From positions 64,001-128,000 of IMG/VR virus record IMGVR_UViG_3300020120_000082: DNA of 64,000 bases, one strand, 5' to 3'. Shown in pieces: positions 19,178-30,833 of this stretch. Origin of the DNA: a virus (Duplodnaviria > Caudoviricetes). The notes beneath the pieces were generated by a model, which saw only the letters and a program-made list of their open reading frames with translations, did no database searches and was not told the origin of the DNA. The position numbers were made by a program, and so were the translations under genes. Positions within the stretch are counted from its first letter, which is position 1; the number at the start of each line of letters is the position of its first letter.

Positions 19178-21022
19178 CTAGACAAGATCCAGGTCAAACG
19201 ATCCGTCATCGTTATTCCAGACTGTCAAAAGATAATCCGCTGGATATTCTTCTTGGGATGAAAACTTGATGCTTTCGACACTAAATCTTCCAGCCGGTAA
19301 ACCGTACATGTCTTGTGCTTCTTGAATCTCTTTGACAAGTTGGATGATCAGGCCCTTGTCGAACCTTACGGGATGTCTTTTGGAATGATCCCAATCTTCA
19401 CTCAGGTATCTGGTGAATTGAACTGTAATGCAATATTCATCTTGCAATCTGCTTGCAATAAAATCGTACTGCTCATCAGAAATTGTCATTTGGTCTCCGT
19501 TTCTGGCTTGTACGCATCTTCAATAACCTGCGCAATTTCTTCATCGAATTCAACATCCGCTCTTGGATGTTCCCAATGAGCAGCAAATTCAGGAATGGAG
19601 TCGTCATCGTGATCGATAATCAAAACATCGATCAAGCGACCGGCTCCACGCGCTGTCCATTGCACCACGCCACCGTCGATGTAGATAACAACGGTATTCT
19701 CTGGCAATTCTTTTGCAGTTATCATTTAGTAAGCCTGTTCTCCCCAAACAACCCTGCCCCACTGCACCCCATCTTCTTCGAAATATGTAATCTCGGCGTC
19801 GGGATGAACATCCAGGTCCAAAATCAGTGGCTCAATGCCGTTTGGCGACTGAGTATCCTGAACCACTCCGCCCTTGACTTCGATAATGACAGTCACATTC
19901 GGATCAAATACGTATTCGCTATCGTCGTCTTCGATCTCTTCTGGTTCCATTTTCTATTCTTCCTCGGTCTCTTTCAGAATTTGGATCAAGTAATCGGGGT
20001 GAATTTCCTCGATCACTGCTTCTAATTCCACGATGTAAAACCTTTCGTCTTCGCCCTCGAAAACAACTCGGCCAAACACGTTGCTGCCGAATAGTTCTGG
20101 AGAGTCCATCAATCCACCAGCCCATTCCATAAGCCTGTCTGTGTTGGTAATAATCAGACGGTCACCCGCTGTCAAAAAACCGTGATCAATCCAGCGCTTG
20201 ATCTTCATTCATGGTCCTCGAAATCATCCTCATCTTCCTGGTTGTACACAAACACCCAGGCCATTACATATGCGCCATATTCTGCGCCCTTGGAAACCAT
20301 GGCGTTATCGTCAATTTCGACATGGCCGTAGTCCATAATTTCATCTCTGGCTCTATTCACATACAGCAAATCATCCTGGTCAGCGTACTCAGACTCGACC
20401 TGGATGGCAAACTCAATGTCTTCGCGAACCTTCGGCGGTAGATAGGCATTGGGTAGCTGCTCAGCCATCCACCGAATCGTTTCTCGGTTCAGATGTGTCC
20501 AGATCACGCATTCCTGGCGATCTTTGATCTTCACATCAAATGGCATCTTCTTCCTCCACCCCCGTACCATCGTCGCGTAGTTGGAAGAACTCCGGTTGAC
20601 TGCCCGCAGCGTACAACGCATTAGCCATTTCCTTGCCGGTCAGAATTTCATCTTTGCTAATGTCCCAGGTTCCAACATACCCACCCTCCATACACTCTCG
20701 CCAAATATCATCCAGATCTGCTCCAAAATAAAACTGCTCTTCTGTCAAAACGGTCATAGTGATTGTATAACGGTGAAGCTCAGCCATTGACTTCACTCTC
20801 TTTCTTGATCTGCTCTACCAGGAACGTTTCCAGCCTGCCCCGGATTCCATTCTCTCGGCCTGGATCTAGCCACCAGAAAGATGACGGAACTAATAAGCTA
20901 TGTAAATCTTCCAAAAATTCACACAGCAAAGCAATCTGGGACTCCTCGTTCCAACCCGCATTCCAAGCAGCATCTCGAATGATATCTTCTACCCATTGCA
21001 CATCAGAAGAACGATCGTTCAT
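19178..21022 (-). other. Run of small highly acidic hypothetical genes
   Basis: ORFs 19178-19489, 19486-19725, 19726-19950, 19954-20208, 20205-~20546, 20536-~20787, 20780-21022. The second and third share V-I-x-x-GGVVQ...LIxDxD. Confidence 0.65.
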
Positions 21023-21402
21023 TTGTCATCTCCGTTATTCGCGACCACTTCCGGATCGACATCTTCTTCGGTCTCTTCTTCTTCCGACTCTTCTTCCTCG
21101 TCAATCTCATCCTGGATTTCATTCCAGGCTTCGCGCAATGCTTCTTCAACTGCTTCCCTGACAACAGCCTGCAACACACCATGGGCTGTGCCATCTGTCT
21201 CAAAATCTGGGACAGTAGTAGCCAGCCAATAGTTATCGACTGCCAGTTGCATCAGATCGCTGACATAGTTCGGAACAGATGAGTCGGCAATCTCGGAAAT
21301 CTGATCACCAGGTGCATAACCTGGATTATCTTTGGCCCACTCCTTGAGTTCAGCAATGGCGTCTTCGACAATGGTGTACATCTCGCCACTGTAGCTGGTC
21401 AT
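21019..21402 (-). CDS. ocr: Ocr-like (T7 gp0.3) DNA-mimic anti-restriction protein
   Basis: ISEIADSSVPNYVSDL aligns by eye with T7 Ocr IHMAADNAVPHYYADI, and GVLQAVVRE with RILQARIYE. Very acidic C-tail and similar length. Confidence 0.7.
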   Translation of the reverse strand: MTSYSGEMYTIVEDAIAELKEWAKDNPGYAPGDQISEIADSSVPNYVSDLMQLAVDNYWLATTVPDFETDGTAHGVLQAVVREAVEEALREAWNEIQDEIDEEEESEEEETEEDVDPEVVANNGDDK

Positions 21403-21538
21403 TCCGCGGCCCATCCTTTCACTATGAACATGTCGTATCCCTGTTCGATCAGTGCAACCAGAATGCGCTCGACCAGCTTGGCATCTTCAACTTCCAGCGT
21501 GATCTTGCGATTGTTCGCATTGCTCGCAGTAATGTAGA

Positions 21539-21826
21539 TCATTTCTTTTCCTCCAGATGGTGCCGCTTGAGCATGGCGGATACTTTCTTTTCAAACTCAT
21601 CCTGTTTCAACCGTCCGAATTTGTTGCCACCATCTATATAATTCAAATGCTTGCCGGTAGTAGTGGACCAATGGTTTTCGCTAACCACCAGCCCATCATG
21701 GAAATCTTGATAGGCAATCAGCGTTTTGTAGCTGAAGAATAGGGAGAGATCTCCAATGCCAACCTCGACTGCGTTATTGGTTGCACCGAATTGATCGACA
21801 AAGACCTTGCCTGCGCCACTTGTCAT
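21539..21826 (-). CDS. Phage hypothetical protein
   Basis: FFSYKTLIA...WSTTTGKHLNYI motif. Confidence 0.75.
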   Translation of the reverse strand: MTSGAGKVFVDQFGATNNAVEVGIGDLSLFFSYKTLIAYQDFHDGLVVSENHWSTTTGKHLNYIDGGNKFGRLKQDEFEKKVSAMLKRHHLEEKK

Positions 21827-22062
21827 TTATTTTCTCCATGTTCGACCATGTCCGAAAATGGACCTTCAGACATCTCAATTAATCCAACTAATCTGTAACT
21901 GTCTTGCCATTGCATGTGACAGTTGTTGCAATCAACTACGCACCAAACGTAATCACCATCTGCATCCATTGTTCCCCCTTCAATCTCCCTTGAGCCACAA
22001 TAGGGACAGATTGTTCCGCCTTGACGAACATAATCCTTGATTTGTTCACCGGATAGAGTCAT
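21823..22062 (-). CDS. Zinc-ribbon protein
   Basis: CPYCGS...CNNC. Confidence 0.7.
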   Translation of the reverse strand: MTLSGEQIKDYVRQGGTICPYCGSREIEGGTMDADGDYVWCVVDCNNCHMQWQDSYRLVGLIEMSEGPFSDMVEHGENK

Positions 22063-22318
22063 GGTCTGGCATACTCGCTTTCTTCAAAGAAGATGGTGAC
22101 TTCAAACAAAAGGTGATCCCATTCTTTAGGATCTCCAAAGAGATTGATGTCACTGGAGATGGCGATCATGCCTTTGGTTTCTTCTGGGTATCGCCCAGCA
22201 ATCTCCTCCTCAGCCAGATCTGAAAGCTTTTCGTTCAGACTGTCGTTGTTAAGCCTCCAGTCCATAGCGTCTCGAAACAGGAAAATAGCAACGGATTTGA
22301 ATCTTCGCGGTTCCATGT

Positions 22319-23041
22319 TTATTTCTTGCTGGCATTCCGAATAGCATTGAGCAGAGCCAGTGTATTAAGGCCCTTGCTCAAACCCTGCATCTCTAGATGC
22401 TCGAAGTTGGGATGATCCAGGATTGGAGCAGCGATGTTCCCATCTCCAAATCCATCCTTCAATGCCCCGGCAAATGCAGCAATCATGCTCAAATCATCTC
22501 CATGCGTTGCCGCCAGGGCCTGGATATCGCGATCTTCCCAGTAATCCCCTTCGTCAGAAACGTGCTCGATCAAGCCATGATCGTCGAACCAATCCAGCAT
22601 GGCCACTACCATCAGGTGGCACTTGACGAATTCATTGGCATAGGTGGTTTTGCAGAACGACGACCAGCGCCAGCCAGATAGCCGAGTCTTGATGCGCTGA
22701 CCATTGAATTCAGTCGTCGCCGGGTAGGAACACAAACCGAAGTTGGCCTCTTCGCACCCCTCGCCTGGCCACATGCGAAACAGATAGGCTTCTTTGGGAT
22801 AAACGGGAATGGACGATCTATCGCCAATATCGATGTATTCACCAGACTGAATTACTGACCAACGCCAGTCTGAATTGACATCATCTTGGTGTTGCTTAAT
22901 TTGTTTCCCGGTGAAGTGCTTGACCTGGGAAAGTTCCTTTGGCTTGATCTGCTGAGCAGCAAACTGCTGCGCTGCCAGCATCAGGGCCAGCTTGTCATCC
23001 GTCTTGCTCGCTTTCAAACTGTAGTGAATTGTGAGTCCCAT
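22319..23041 (-). CDS. Phage hypothetical protein
   Basis: MGLTIHY...PGEGCE...SFCKTTYA...VSDEGDYW. Confidence 0.8.
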   Translation of the reverse strand: MGLTIHYSLKASKTDDKLALMLAAQQFAAQQIKPKELSQVKHFTGKQIKQHQDDVNSDWRWSVIQSGEYIDIGDRSSIPVYPKEAYLFRMWPGEGCEEANFGLCSYPATTEFNGQRIKTRLSGWRWSSFCKTTYANEFVKCHLMVVAMLDWFDDHGLIEHVSDEGDYWEDRDIQALAATHGDDLSMIAAFAGALKDGFGDGNIAAPILDHPNFEHLEMQGLSKGLNTLALLNAIRNASKK

Positions 23042-23051
23042 GGTTTTCTCC

Positions 23052-23717
23052 TTAGCTCGACCAATGTAGATAAAAGATAGTTGGATCCGGTTGCGCCAGA
23101 ACGTACTCAATGGTTTCTTGCGCGATTTCCAATGCCTGGTGATAGAACTCCCATTGATTATCGGTCTTGAAAACGACATACGAACACGGCTGTTTGCCAA
23201 GAATGCGGGTATAGCCGGGAATCACTGCCACTACTGGGATCGTATCCAGGAAGAAGTCGCCAATATGGTTGCCATAGCTGTTTCCAAAGGGCGGCGCTTC
23301 TTCTTTCCTGGCAAGCTCTTCTGCGAAAGCCTGAAGAGCCTGTTCGTCCGAATTTATTTGCGGTTCAGAGAACATATTGAACGACACGGTCATGACGTCG
23401 TATTTTGAAATCGGCTGCTTCAGGTAATTGTCAAGCTGCTCGATGGCATCCTTGGCATTCTCCAGACACACCGACCAATCAGGACAAACCTCATACTCAT
23501 CGCCAGGCTGGACAATGTCGTATAGATTTGGCAAGCGTGCCCGATCCAAGACGCTATTGATCCCGCCATCGTTGTAGGATGATCGCCAATAGCCAATCTT
23601 AAATAGGTGTTGGGGGTACTTGACACTATCGATCTCGATTTTATTCTTCCCCCAGTCTTCCCGGTTATCGCTGTCGTAGCCATCTGGCCCATTGAAAAGA
23701 GTGACATCCAGTCCCAT
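23052..23717 (-). CDS. Phage hypothetical protein
   Basis: 221 aa, MGLDV...GYWRSSYN; AGGAG RBS. Confidence 0.8.
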   Translation of the reverse strand: MGLDVTLFNGPDGYDSDNREDWGKNKIEIDSVKYPQHLFKIGYWRSSYNDGGINSVLDRARLPNLYDIVQPGDEYEVCPDWSVCLENAKDAIEQLDNYLKQPISKYDVMTVSFNMFSEPQINSDEQALQAFAEELARKEEAPPFGNSYGNHIGDFFLDTIPVVAVIPGYTRILGKQPCSYVVFKTDNQWEFYHQALEIAQETIEYVLAQPDPTIFYLHWSS

Positions 23718-23726
23718 GATTTGCTC

Positions 23727-24407
23727 CTAGATATGCAGATCGCAAACAACAGCCATGCAATTGGCGTACTCATTCAGAATGGAAATGGCTGTGTCTTTCC
23801 AATCATCTTTCTCGCCATGCGCAAATCCAAACCAACCCATGCTGCCCTTCTCAAGCCACTGCCCTTCCGGCGTGACAATGGCGAATGGAATGTTGTCCAG
23901 GAATTCATTGGCCAAACGCTGCCGCGGAGAAATATCGCCCCAACGACCACCCATGACCCACCAGTCCCACTTGGAGTTCGGGTTGTATGTGGAACGATAG
24001 GTGCCGGTGCCATGACACTCACTGCAATCTGGATCGGGCTGATCTTTCAGCGGGTTCTGGCTGATAAGCTCTTCGATACGCTGGCTGCGCGGGCCACCAA
24101 ATTCTTTCTCCCAGATCTTGTCTAGCTCATCGCGATGCGCCCAGAATGCATCTGAGCCAACTTCCATGCCTTCTGGCAGGGGATGATCGGCATGGAACTG
24201 ATTGCGAATATCGTTGATATTTCCCATTTCCCGTGTGACCTGTTCCATGGCTTCCGCGCTGGCAATCTGCCCAATGCAATAACACTTGCGATCGTATTCG
24301 GGAACTTCCAGGTGTTCGCTATATGGAGCCAGCAACGGCTCAATGTCGTCTTCGGTAATCCGGCCAGACTCTTTATCGACAATGACCAGCGTGTAAAAGT
24401 GTGACAT
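23727..24407 (-). CDS. Phage hypothetical protein
   Basis: MSHF...LAPY...CSECHGTG..STYNPNSKWDWWVMGGRW...MGWFG...VCDLHI. Confidence 0.82.
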   Translation of the reverse strand: MSHFYTLVIVDKESGRITEDDIEPLLAPYSEHLEVPEYDRKCYCIGQIASAEAMEQVTREMGNINDIRNQFHADHPLPEGMEVGSDAFWAHRDELDKIWEKEFGGPRSQRIEELISQNPLKDQPDPDCSECHGTGTYRSTYNPNSKWDWWVMGGRWGDISPRQRLANEFLDNIPFAIVTPEGQWLEKGSMGWFGFAHGEKDDWKDTAISILNEYANCMAVVCDLHI

Positions 24408-24528
24408 GTTTTATCCTAATGAATAAGAACCGGGATCCACAACCGAAACGCTGCTTCCATAGAAGCAGTGGCTGCGCCTGCCAGCATAATCAAAACAAAA
24501 ACTTGGAATAGCGTAAATTGTTTCTTGT

Positions 24529-24795
24529 TCACTCCATCTCCGTGTCTTTGCAAACCAGGATGTTGCCGACCAGGAAGTCTCCTGGCAGATAGCGTGAGAA
24601 TTCAGCCGTCGCGTTCGCGTTGTATGGCAAGCCATTCAACTTGCCTTCTTCATTGCAAACAATGAGTCGGCCAGGGATGTACACAACCTCGATATAGCCT
24701 CCAACGATCTTGGAAAGCTGCTCTAGCTCAAACGTCTTGCCGTTCTCGGGCTGCACTTCTTCGGTGGAACCATCGGGGTGATAAATCGTAGCCAT
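24529..24795 (-). CDS. DUF3846-like protein
   Basis: LEQLSKIVGGYIE...NEEGKLNGLPYNANAT...LVGN. Confidence 0.75.
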   Translation of the reverse strand: MATIYHPDGSTEEVQPENGKTFELEQLSKIVGGYIEVVYIPGRLIVCNEEGKLNGLPYNANATAEFSRYLPGDFLVGNILVCKDTEME

Positions 24796-25035
24796 GCGCC
24801 TAATCTCCTGTGTGTAAATCGCGAAAAACAAGTTAAGTGTTCAAATCTGAACGACTTCACATAAAATAGTTCCGAGTTGTCTAGCGAGTTTTTATCTCCC
24901 GAAAATGATGCAGAAAATGCCGTGTTTTATAATTACATAAACAACAGAATCAAGCCATGCGGGCTCAGGATTTTCCGCGGATCAAAAACTGTACTAAGCC
25001 ACGCTTGTTTAACCTGGGCCATCGTAGGGGCATTT

Positions 25036-26389
25036 TTAGGGATGATCCAGTTGGGCCTCTGTAAAAACAACCTTGGGATTTTTTCTACCAACCAGGCGTG
25101 ACCAGATAGAAGACGGTGCTGGAACATCTCCGTTCTGCATCCAGAGCAGGGCGTCTTCGGCTGCGCCGTGACAGTCGCCATCTGAACGATCGGTTTTGTC
25201 TGGCCACCAATGATCGATCTGATCCAGGGTGTATTCCCACTTGAGAGTCTGGATCTGGGCGGTAATCATCTCCCAGTTGTCTTCGCCCAGGTGGGTGAAG
25301 TGCGGCACCTGCTTTTTCAACTTCTCAAGCGCCAGGTACTCTGCCTGGATCTCTTTCTTTGGCTTGGAGCGGGTGATGAGTTCCTGCTTCTTGGATTTCT
25401 TTTTCATATGACTTACTTATCCAGTTCGATGTGCCAATTGTTGTCCGTAGTGATCCACAGCCCTGAATTAGTCTCAACATAGCAGCCGCCAAACGTTTTG
25501 AATTGAAAATGTCGCGACGGATTAAGCGTTGCCAATTCATGGCATTGCGCTTCGTTGAATCTCAGAATGATGTATCCAGCACCAGCAGTCAATCCCCCGG
25601 ACAAAACAATAACCAGGAGAATAGTGATAATCAGTTCCTTGTTCCGTCTCAAAATTTTCATAACCCCATCTCCCCGTCATCAATGACGTGCTGCATAGCA
25701 TTCTCGAAATTGTTCAGGTCTCGCCGCATGGATTGGATCAGGTTCACAATGTTCATGATGGTCTCTTCGCCATCACCATCCACAAAGCAGCTATCACAGC
25801 CAACTTCAAGCTCTGCCATCATGCCGTCGACGCGGTTGGGATCCCCGGCACGCATCCAGACGTTTTCCATGAAGTTCTGGAATTGCTCTATATCCATCTC
25901 AACTCCCTATCTGCAATTCAACTTGATCGCCATTCACAACTGCGCCTTCAAGAAACAGATCGTCCAGCCCATGCCCCCAAACGCCATACTTTTCCGGATG
26001 CTCATAGATAGTTTGGTAGCCATCCAGAATGCACATGAACAGACTCAGGCGGGTAAACCCAGACGGATTTCTGTACGGAAATTCGGCATCGATGTCTAGT
26101 GGATAGTCGTAGTGAATGACGATCTTGGGATAGTTAATAACCAGATCATTGGGATAAGCCAAATCATCTGGATCATCCAGGACGAGCATGGTTGTCTTGT
26201 CGATCCGATCCTGGAATTGAATGCTCTTGCTCATTTCAATCTCTTTCTCATAATAGCAATCTCATATATGTCGGCAGCAAGGCATAAAGCGAAACCGATT
26301 GCGAAGAAAAACGCAGCGGTATGATCAAAGTCGGTTCGCAATAACCACTTAATAAACAGCGCCAAAGCTATAGCGATGACGGTTCTCAT
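25036..26389 (-). other. Run of small hypothetical genes including two membrane proteins (25413-25661, 26231-26389)
   Basis: Contiguous ORFs 25036-25407, 25413-25661, 25658-25897, 25899-26234, 26231-26389. Confidence 0.6.
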
Positions 26390-26428
26390 TTTGTCAGCCC
26401 CAAAAGATATTTCATTTATGTCTCCCTG

Positions 26429-26444
26429 ATTCCAGATCTGGAAT
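26429..26444. repeat. 16-bp palindrome, copy 4
   Basis: Exact copy between stop and RBS. Confidence 0.9.
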
Positions 26445-26447
26445 TTT

Positions 26448-26963
26448 CTAATTCTCGTCGCCTTCATCCAGGACCAGTTCGTTGTACAGTTTCTGGCCCA
26501 GAAGATTTCTGAACTGCTTGGCCTGATCGCCCAGTGTTCGATACTGCGTCTCCGCGGATCGGCTGTCACTGTCATAGCCCATATCCCTGGCCCAATCTTC
26601 GAAACTGCCAGCCGAAATGTAGCTATTGGAGTCGCTTGCCAGACATTCCAGGATGTCTTCAATTCCAGGAGCCAGAATTGCATATTTACGTTGAGCTTCG
26701 GTAAACTGCCACTGAAGACGAGCATTGTCGGGAACAACCATTTTGCGTTGACTATCCCAGTGATAACCCTGGGCTCGTTCGCCAGTCTTGATGTTCTTAA
26801 TCCAACCAATGCCAGTTGAGAACTGGAATCGCATGACTTCTGTCCCATGCATCAACGTGACGTTGTAATGAATTCCTTCACCTGTCCAGTCAGAGCGAAA
26901 TCCGGTTCGTTCCAACTCCATCTTGATGCCATTCTTCTCGGTCCACTCAACCAGAGTTGTCAT
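26448..26963 (-). CDS. Phage hypothetical protein
   Basis: 171 aa, DILECLASD...FEDWARDMGYDSDSR. Confidence 0.8.
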   Translation of the reverse strand: MTTLVEWTEKNGIKMELERTGFRSDWTGEGIHYNVTLMHGTEVMRFQFSTGIGWIKNIKTGERAQGYHWDSQRKMVVPDNARLQWQFTEAQRKYAILAPGIEDILECLASDSNSYISAGSFEDWARDMGYDSDSRSAETQYRTLGDQAKQFRNLLGQKLYNELVLDEGDEN

Positions 26964-27415
26964 TCCATCTCCTGTTCAAACTCGACGTCCAGTAGCTCGG
27001 CCATGTCATGACGAAACAATTCTTGCAGCTTAGACAGGCGCTCGATCAGATACGCCTTGACATCCGCATTGGTTTCCAGCGTCTGATATTCGTCATCTTC
27101 CAGCGCACCCCAGACGGCGGTGCTTCTGAAGTATTCGATCTGGCCATTCTCCAGGTGATACATGCTGTTAGCCAGGTAATGCATCGGTCCGCTGGCGCTG
27201 CACAGATGCCAGCGCACATACTTCTTGAGCATCGGGAATTCTTCTTCAATCAGTTCCGAATTGGATCCGCCTGACACAAACAAGCCCGCCCTGGAATACT
27301 CGGTATAGGTGATCGAGAAGTACGGCTCCTGGTTGTGAAACTCTTGCATCTGGGCAATGACAATAAGCTCATGCCCATACGCAATCGGCTTCCTAAAAAC
27401 TTGGCTCTTCGTCAT
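26960..27415 (-). CDS. Phage hypothetical protein
   Basis: PYFSIT...RWHLCSASGPMHYLANSMYH. Confidence 0.78.
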   Translation of the reverse strand: MTKSQVFRKPIAYGHELIVIAQMQEFHNQEPYFSITYTEYSRAGLFVSGGSNSELIEEEFPMLKKYVRWHLCSASGPMHYLANSMYHLENGQIEYFRSTAVWGALEDDEYQTLETNADVKAYLIERLSKLQELFRHDMAELLDVEFEQEME

Positions 27416-29319
27416 CGCCTTCTCCATTCCCTTCTAGTGGATCGATAAATTCTTGCTTGTTTTCGTCCCAGGTATTGGCAAAGAACCCATCCTGGTCCAT
27501 GTCTTCCTGGAAATAGTCCTGGATGTCGTCGCTGTCGCAGTTGGCTTTTATGAAATTCAGAAGATCTGCGGTAGTTATGCCACTCAAAGAATTACTGGTG
27601 CGCACCTCTGTTGCCCAGTCCAGCCATTCAAATGCATTAGCCCAGCGATAGCTCATTTCTTTGCCTCATCTTCCAGGTCCATCATCCAGTTGTACAGATT
27701 GTGGTAGTAGCCGTCATCGGGGCCGACAAAGTTAATAATTGGGCCGATTACATCTTCGCGAATTTTTATGCCGCGCTCTCCGTCTTCATTAGCGACTTTC
27801 TCAAGTTGAGATAGAGCCATATTGATAGTGTTGATAGCTACTGTAACGTTATGGAGTTTCGTTCCAGCGTTCATTTGATCCCCAGTGCGCTGGCAATAAG
27901 CGCCAATCCGATAACCAGGACAGCCCCCAGCGTGAAGCATACGCCCCAGTACGCCAACGCTCCCTTCCAGCCGAGATCGCGAATGGTATAACCGATAACG
28001 GCAACAAAGAACGCTGCCGCCAAGACTATTCCGGCTATCAATTCAAATTGTTTTGTCATTTGTAACCAATCGCCTTTTTGTATTCTTCAAGCTGGGATCC
28101 GAATAAAGCACCTTCGTAATACTGCGTGGTTGCTACATCTACTGTAAATTCTTTCCAATCATATGACTCGCCGTTCAGCAACCTACTTAGCCATTCAACC
28201 AGCAACGGCACTTCATCCCGGCAATTTGGCACCTCAAAATGGTCGTCTACTTTGCCGAAGTGATCCAGCATCATGCGGATATTAGCTAACTTCTGTGCGT
28301 CGGAAACCATTCAAAAACTCCTTTTGGTCTGCTCTTCAAGCAGGATGGCCATTTCAAGCTGCCATTCGTCCCAGGTAACGCCCATCGATTTGTTGAGATC
28401 ATGGCAATGTCCGCAGAACCAGTTCCGATCATCCGGGAACTGATCGTATCCCTTCCAGTTATCACAGCCATCGCAGCCATGAATACGGTGTTTGATCTGG
28501 CAATAAACGCAAACGTCCCGAAGTACCCCATCGTGATCGTTGTAGTAATTGATATCGAATCCTGACTGGAAATTGCGGTGACATACATCACAGATAATTA
28601 TGTCTTCGTCGAACGGATGAATCATTACTCCCGCTCCCACCTGGTTCTCAGGATATAGTGCCTGCGTTGGACATTCGAGTAGGGAAACTCCGGGCTCCCG
28701 GAACAGGTTGGCATTCCATCGGAATACCAGCAGGGAACCAGCCAGATTTGCTCGACGCATTGCTTTCTCCAGTAAGCCAGTTCTCTATCAATCTCTAATT
28801 GTGGAACATCGGCCCAGGTTGTATCTAACATTAGTCATTTCCTGTTACTGGACAATTCAGCGCCACCGCATCGCCAAAAATATCAATCTCATTTGGCATG
28901 GGGTTAGTGATTACCATAACTTGAGCTGGACAATCCAAGCACTTGGCTATGGCATGAGTCTTGGAACTCCAAAATTCAATGCGGCGAAAGCGTCCCATAC
29001 GATGTCCGCGAAATTCGCAACTTTCCAGGGCTTCCAGCTTGAGTCGTCTCAGTGTGGTTGGCATCTTCTAATCCTCAAGCACAATGGCGGGATGGATTTC
29101 AAAGACCTCTCCAGATTTGAAGAAGTATTCTTCGATATCCTCGTCCGACAAAATCTCTGGAACTGGCCTGTAATTTGCATCGGTCTCCAGAAATTCTGTG
29201 TCCCACCAATAGCGCACAAACTCCTTCAATTTCTTCTGGGCTACCTCTTCCGCCTTGCAGACAAATGTGTCGACACCATGCTCGTGCTCAATAACTAGAA
29301 CCGAAACTTGATCGCTCAT
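27393..29319 (-). other. Run of small hypothetical genes
   Basis: ORFs 27393-27656, 27653-27874, 27871-28059 (TM), 28056-28310, 28311-28625 (Cys-rich), 28625-28831, 28831-29064, 29068-29319. Confidence 0.6.
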
Positions 29320-29384
29320 CTTTTTATCCTGTATACAGCCAATCAATTGCGCTGGAGCCTGTGACAGCCACAGCGCAGATGCAT

Positions 29385-30503
29385 TCAGTCGGTCGTAACC
29401 GATGCGTTCTGCAATTCCTTGATGCTCATTACAATTCCCAACTGGTTTACGCTGGCAGTCAATCTTTGCCCAATACTCAAACTGTCCCAACGAGCTTCAT
29501 CCAAAGAAACCTGATATTTCTTGCTTTCTTTCTGGTCTATCAGGTAAGCGGTGTATCCTTGAGTCTGCAAACCGACTCTTTGATTAGCACCGATCGAATA
29601 GGCTGGCCAGAATGGCTTGTGATCATTGGCTCCAGCATGCGCTACGTAATCCGGAACCCATTTCTCGATGTTGTAGGTGTACCAGGTGCCATAGACTGGA
29701 TCGTCTCGGTAGACAGGCACCTGTTCGCTATGAGTGTGCTCTTCGTAAGAATAAGTGGGCGTACAGACATCTTCTGAAAATCCATTCCCACTATCTTCTT
29801 CGTGGCAACTTTGGCCAGTCTGAACACGATCATTAGTTGTCCAGGTGCGAGTCTCATAGTGATCCAGCACATGATCGTAGCTTTCGATGCGCTGCTCACT
29901 GCTTACCAAGCGACCGCCAGGCGGGAGCGACCAACCCGACTCGGTGACTGTCCGGTAAGCTTCTATCTGGATATCGCGTGACCAGCTAAAGCCGGTGACG
30001 GATACCTGGATCTCGCGGGTGCTGAAAAACCAGAACCCGCCCAGAACAAGACCCAGGATCAGCAAGACTCCAGCGCCCCACTTCCAGGCGTCAGCCGGTA
30101 TCTCTGGGAATTTGAATGGCTCAGGCCCTAAATTCTCTGGCGGTGGCGGCTCCGGTTGGGGCGTGTATGTCCTGTGAATAGGAACGGGATCTGGAGCTAC
30201 TGGTGGCAGTGGATCTCGATGACTGGCACCACATTGAGCGCACTTTTCATCGCTGGCGATGTTGGCAGCACCGCAGAACTTACAATGCCAATCACGGCCA
30301 GCTTTTGCCAACCTGACCAATCCGGGATCGGAAACCGAGTCCGAACTGTGATGTGGCCCATCAACGGCTTCGCCCTCAAAGCCAGCTTTGAAGAACTTGA
30401 CGCTGTCTTCCCTGGGTTTGCCGCAGTTCTGGCAAACTTTATAGCGCCCCAGTTCTTCAGACTAGCAGTAACGACAGCGCCAGTGAAGTTCGTGGATAGC
30501 CAT
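29385..30503 (-). CDS. Zinc-ribbon membrane protein with an internal in-frame TAG at codon 14 (pseudogene or readthrough)
   Basis: ATG 30503 MAIHELHWRCRYC*SEELGRYKVCQNCG is in frame with the 311-aa ORF (second CxxC-CxxC, Pro linker, TM helix, large extramembrane domain). Confidence 0.7.
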
Positions 30504-30833
30504 CTAGTCTTCAAACTCCGAATAATCAACGTGCGTGTACACTTCCGCGGCCAGCGGAGAATTGCGGTCCATCCACGATTTACCGCAACAGCCGCACGTC
30601 CATTCGTAACCGCTGCACGATGGAATGTGATACACGTTCGGCCAGGAGTTCTTATTCACCCCGTCAATGCCGCAGTAGTAGAACCGCTGGTGCGGCGTAT
30701 TGGGCTGCATGTTCGAGTCTTCCCAAGCATAGGCGTTCCAGGCTCCACAGTCCGGGCATTGTTCTATGTCTGGGTTATCGCTAATGATCAGATCGTAAAA
30801 GTTCTCGGGATAGCCAAAGATGTACTCGGTCAT
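30504..30833 (-). CDS. Cys-rich hypothetical protein
   Basis: CPDCG...CGCCG. Confidence 0.65.
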   Translation of the reverse strand: MTEYIFGYPENFYDLIISDNPDIEQCPDCGAWNAYAWEDSNMQPNTPHQRFYYCGIDGVNKNSWPNVYHIPSCSGYEWTCGCCGKSWMDRNSPLAAEVYTHVDYSEFED

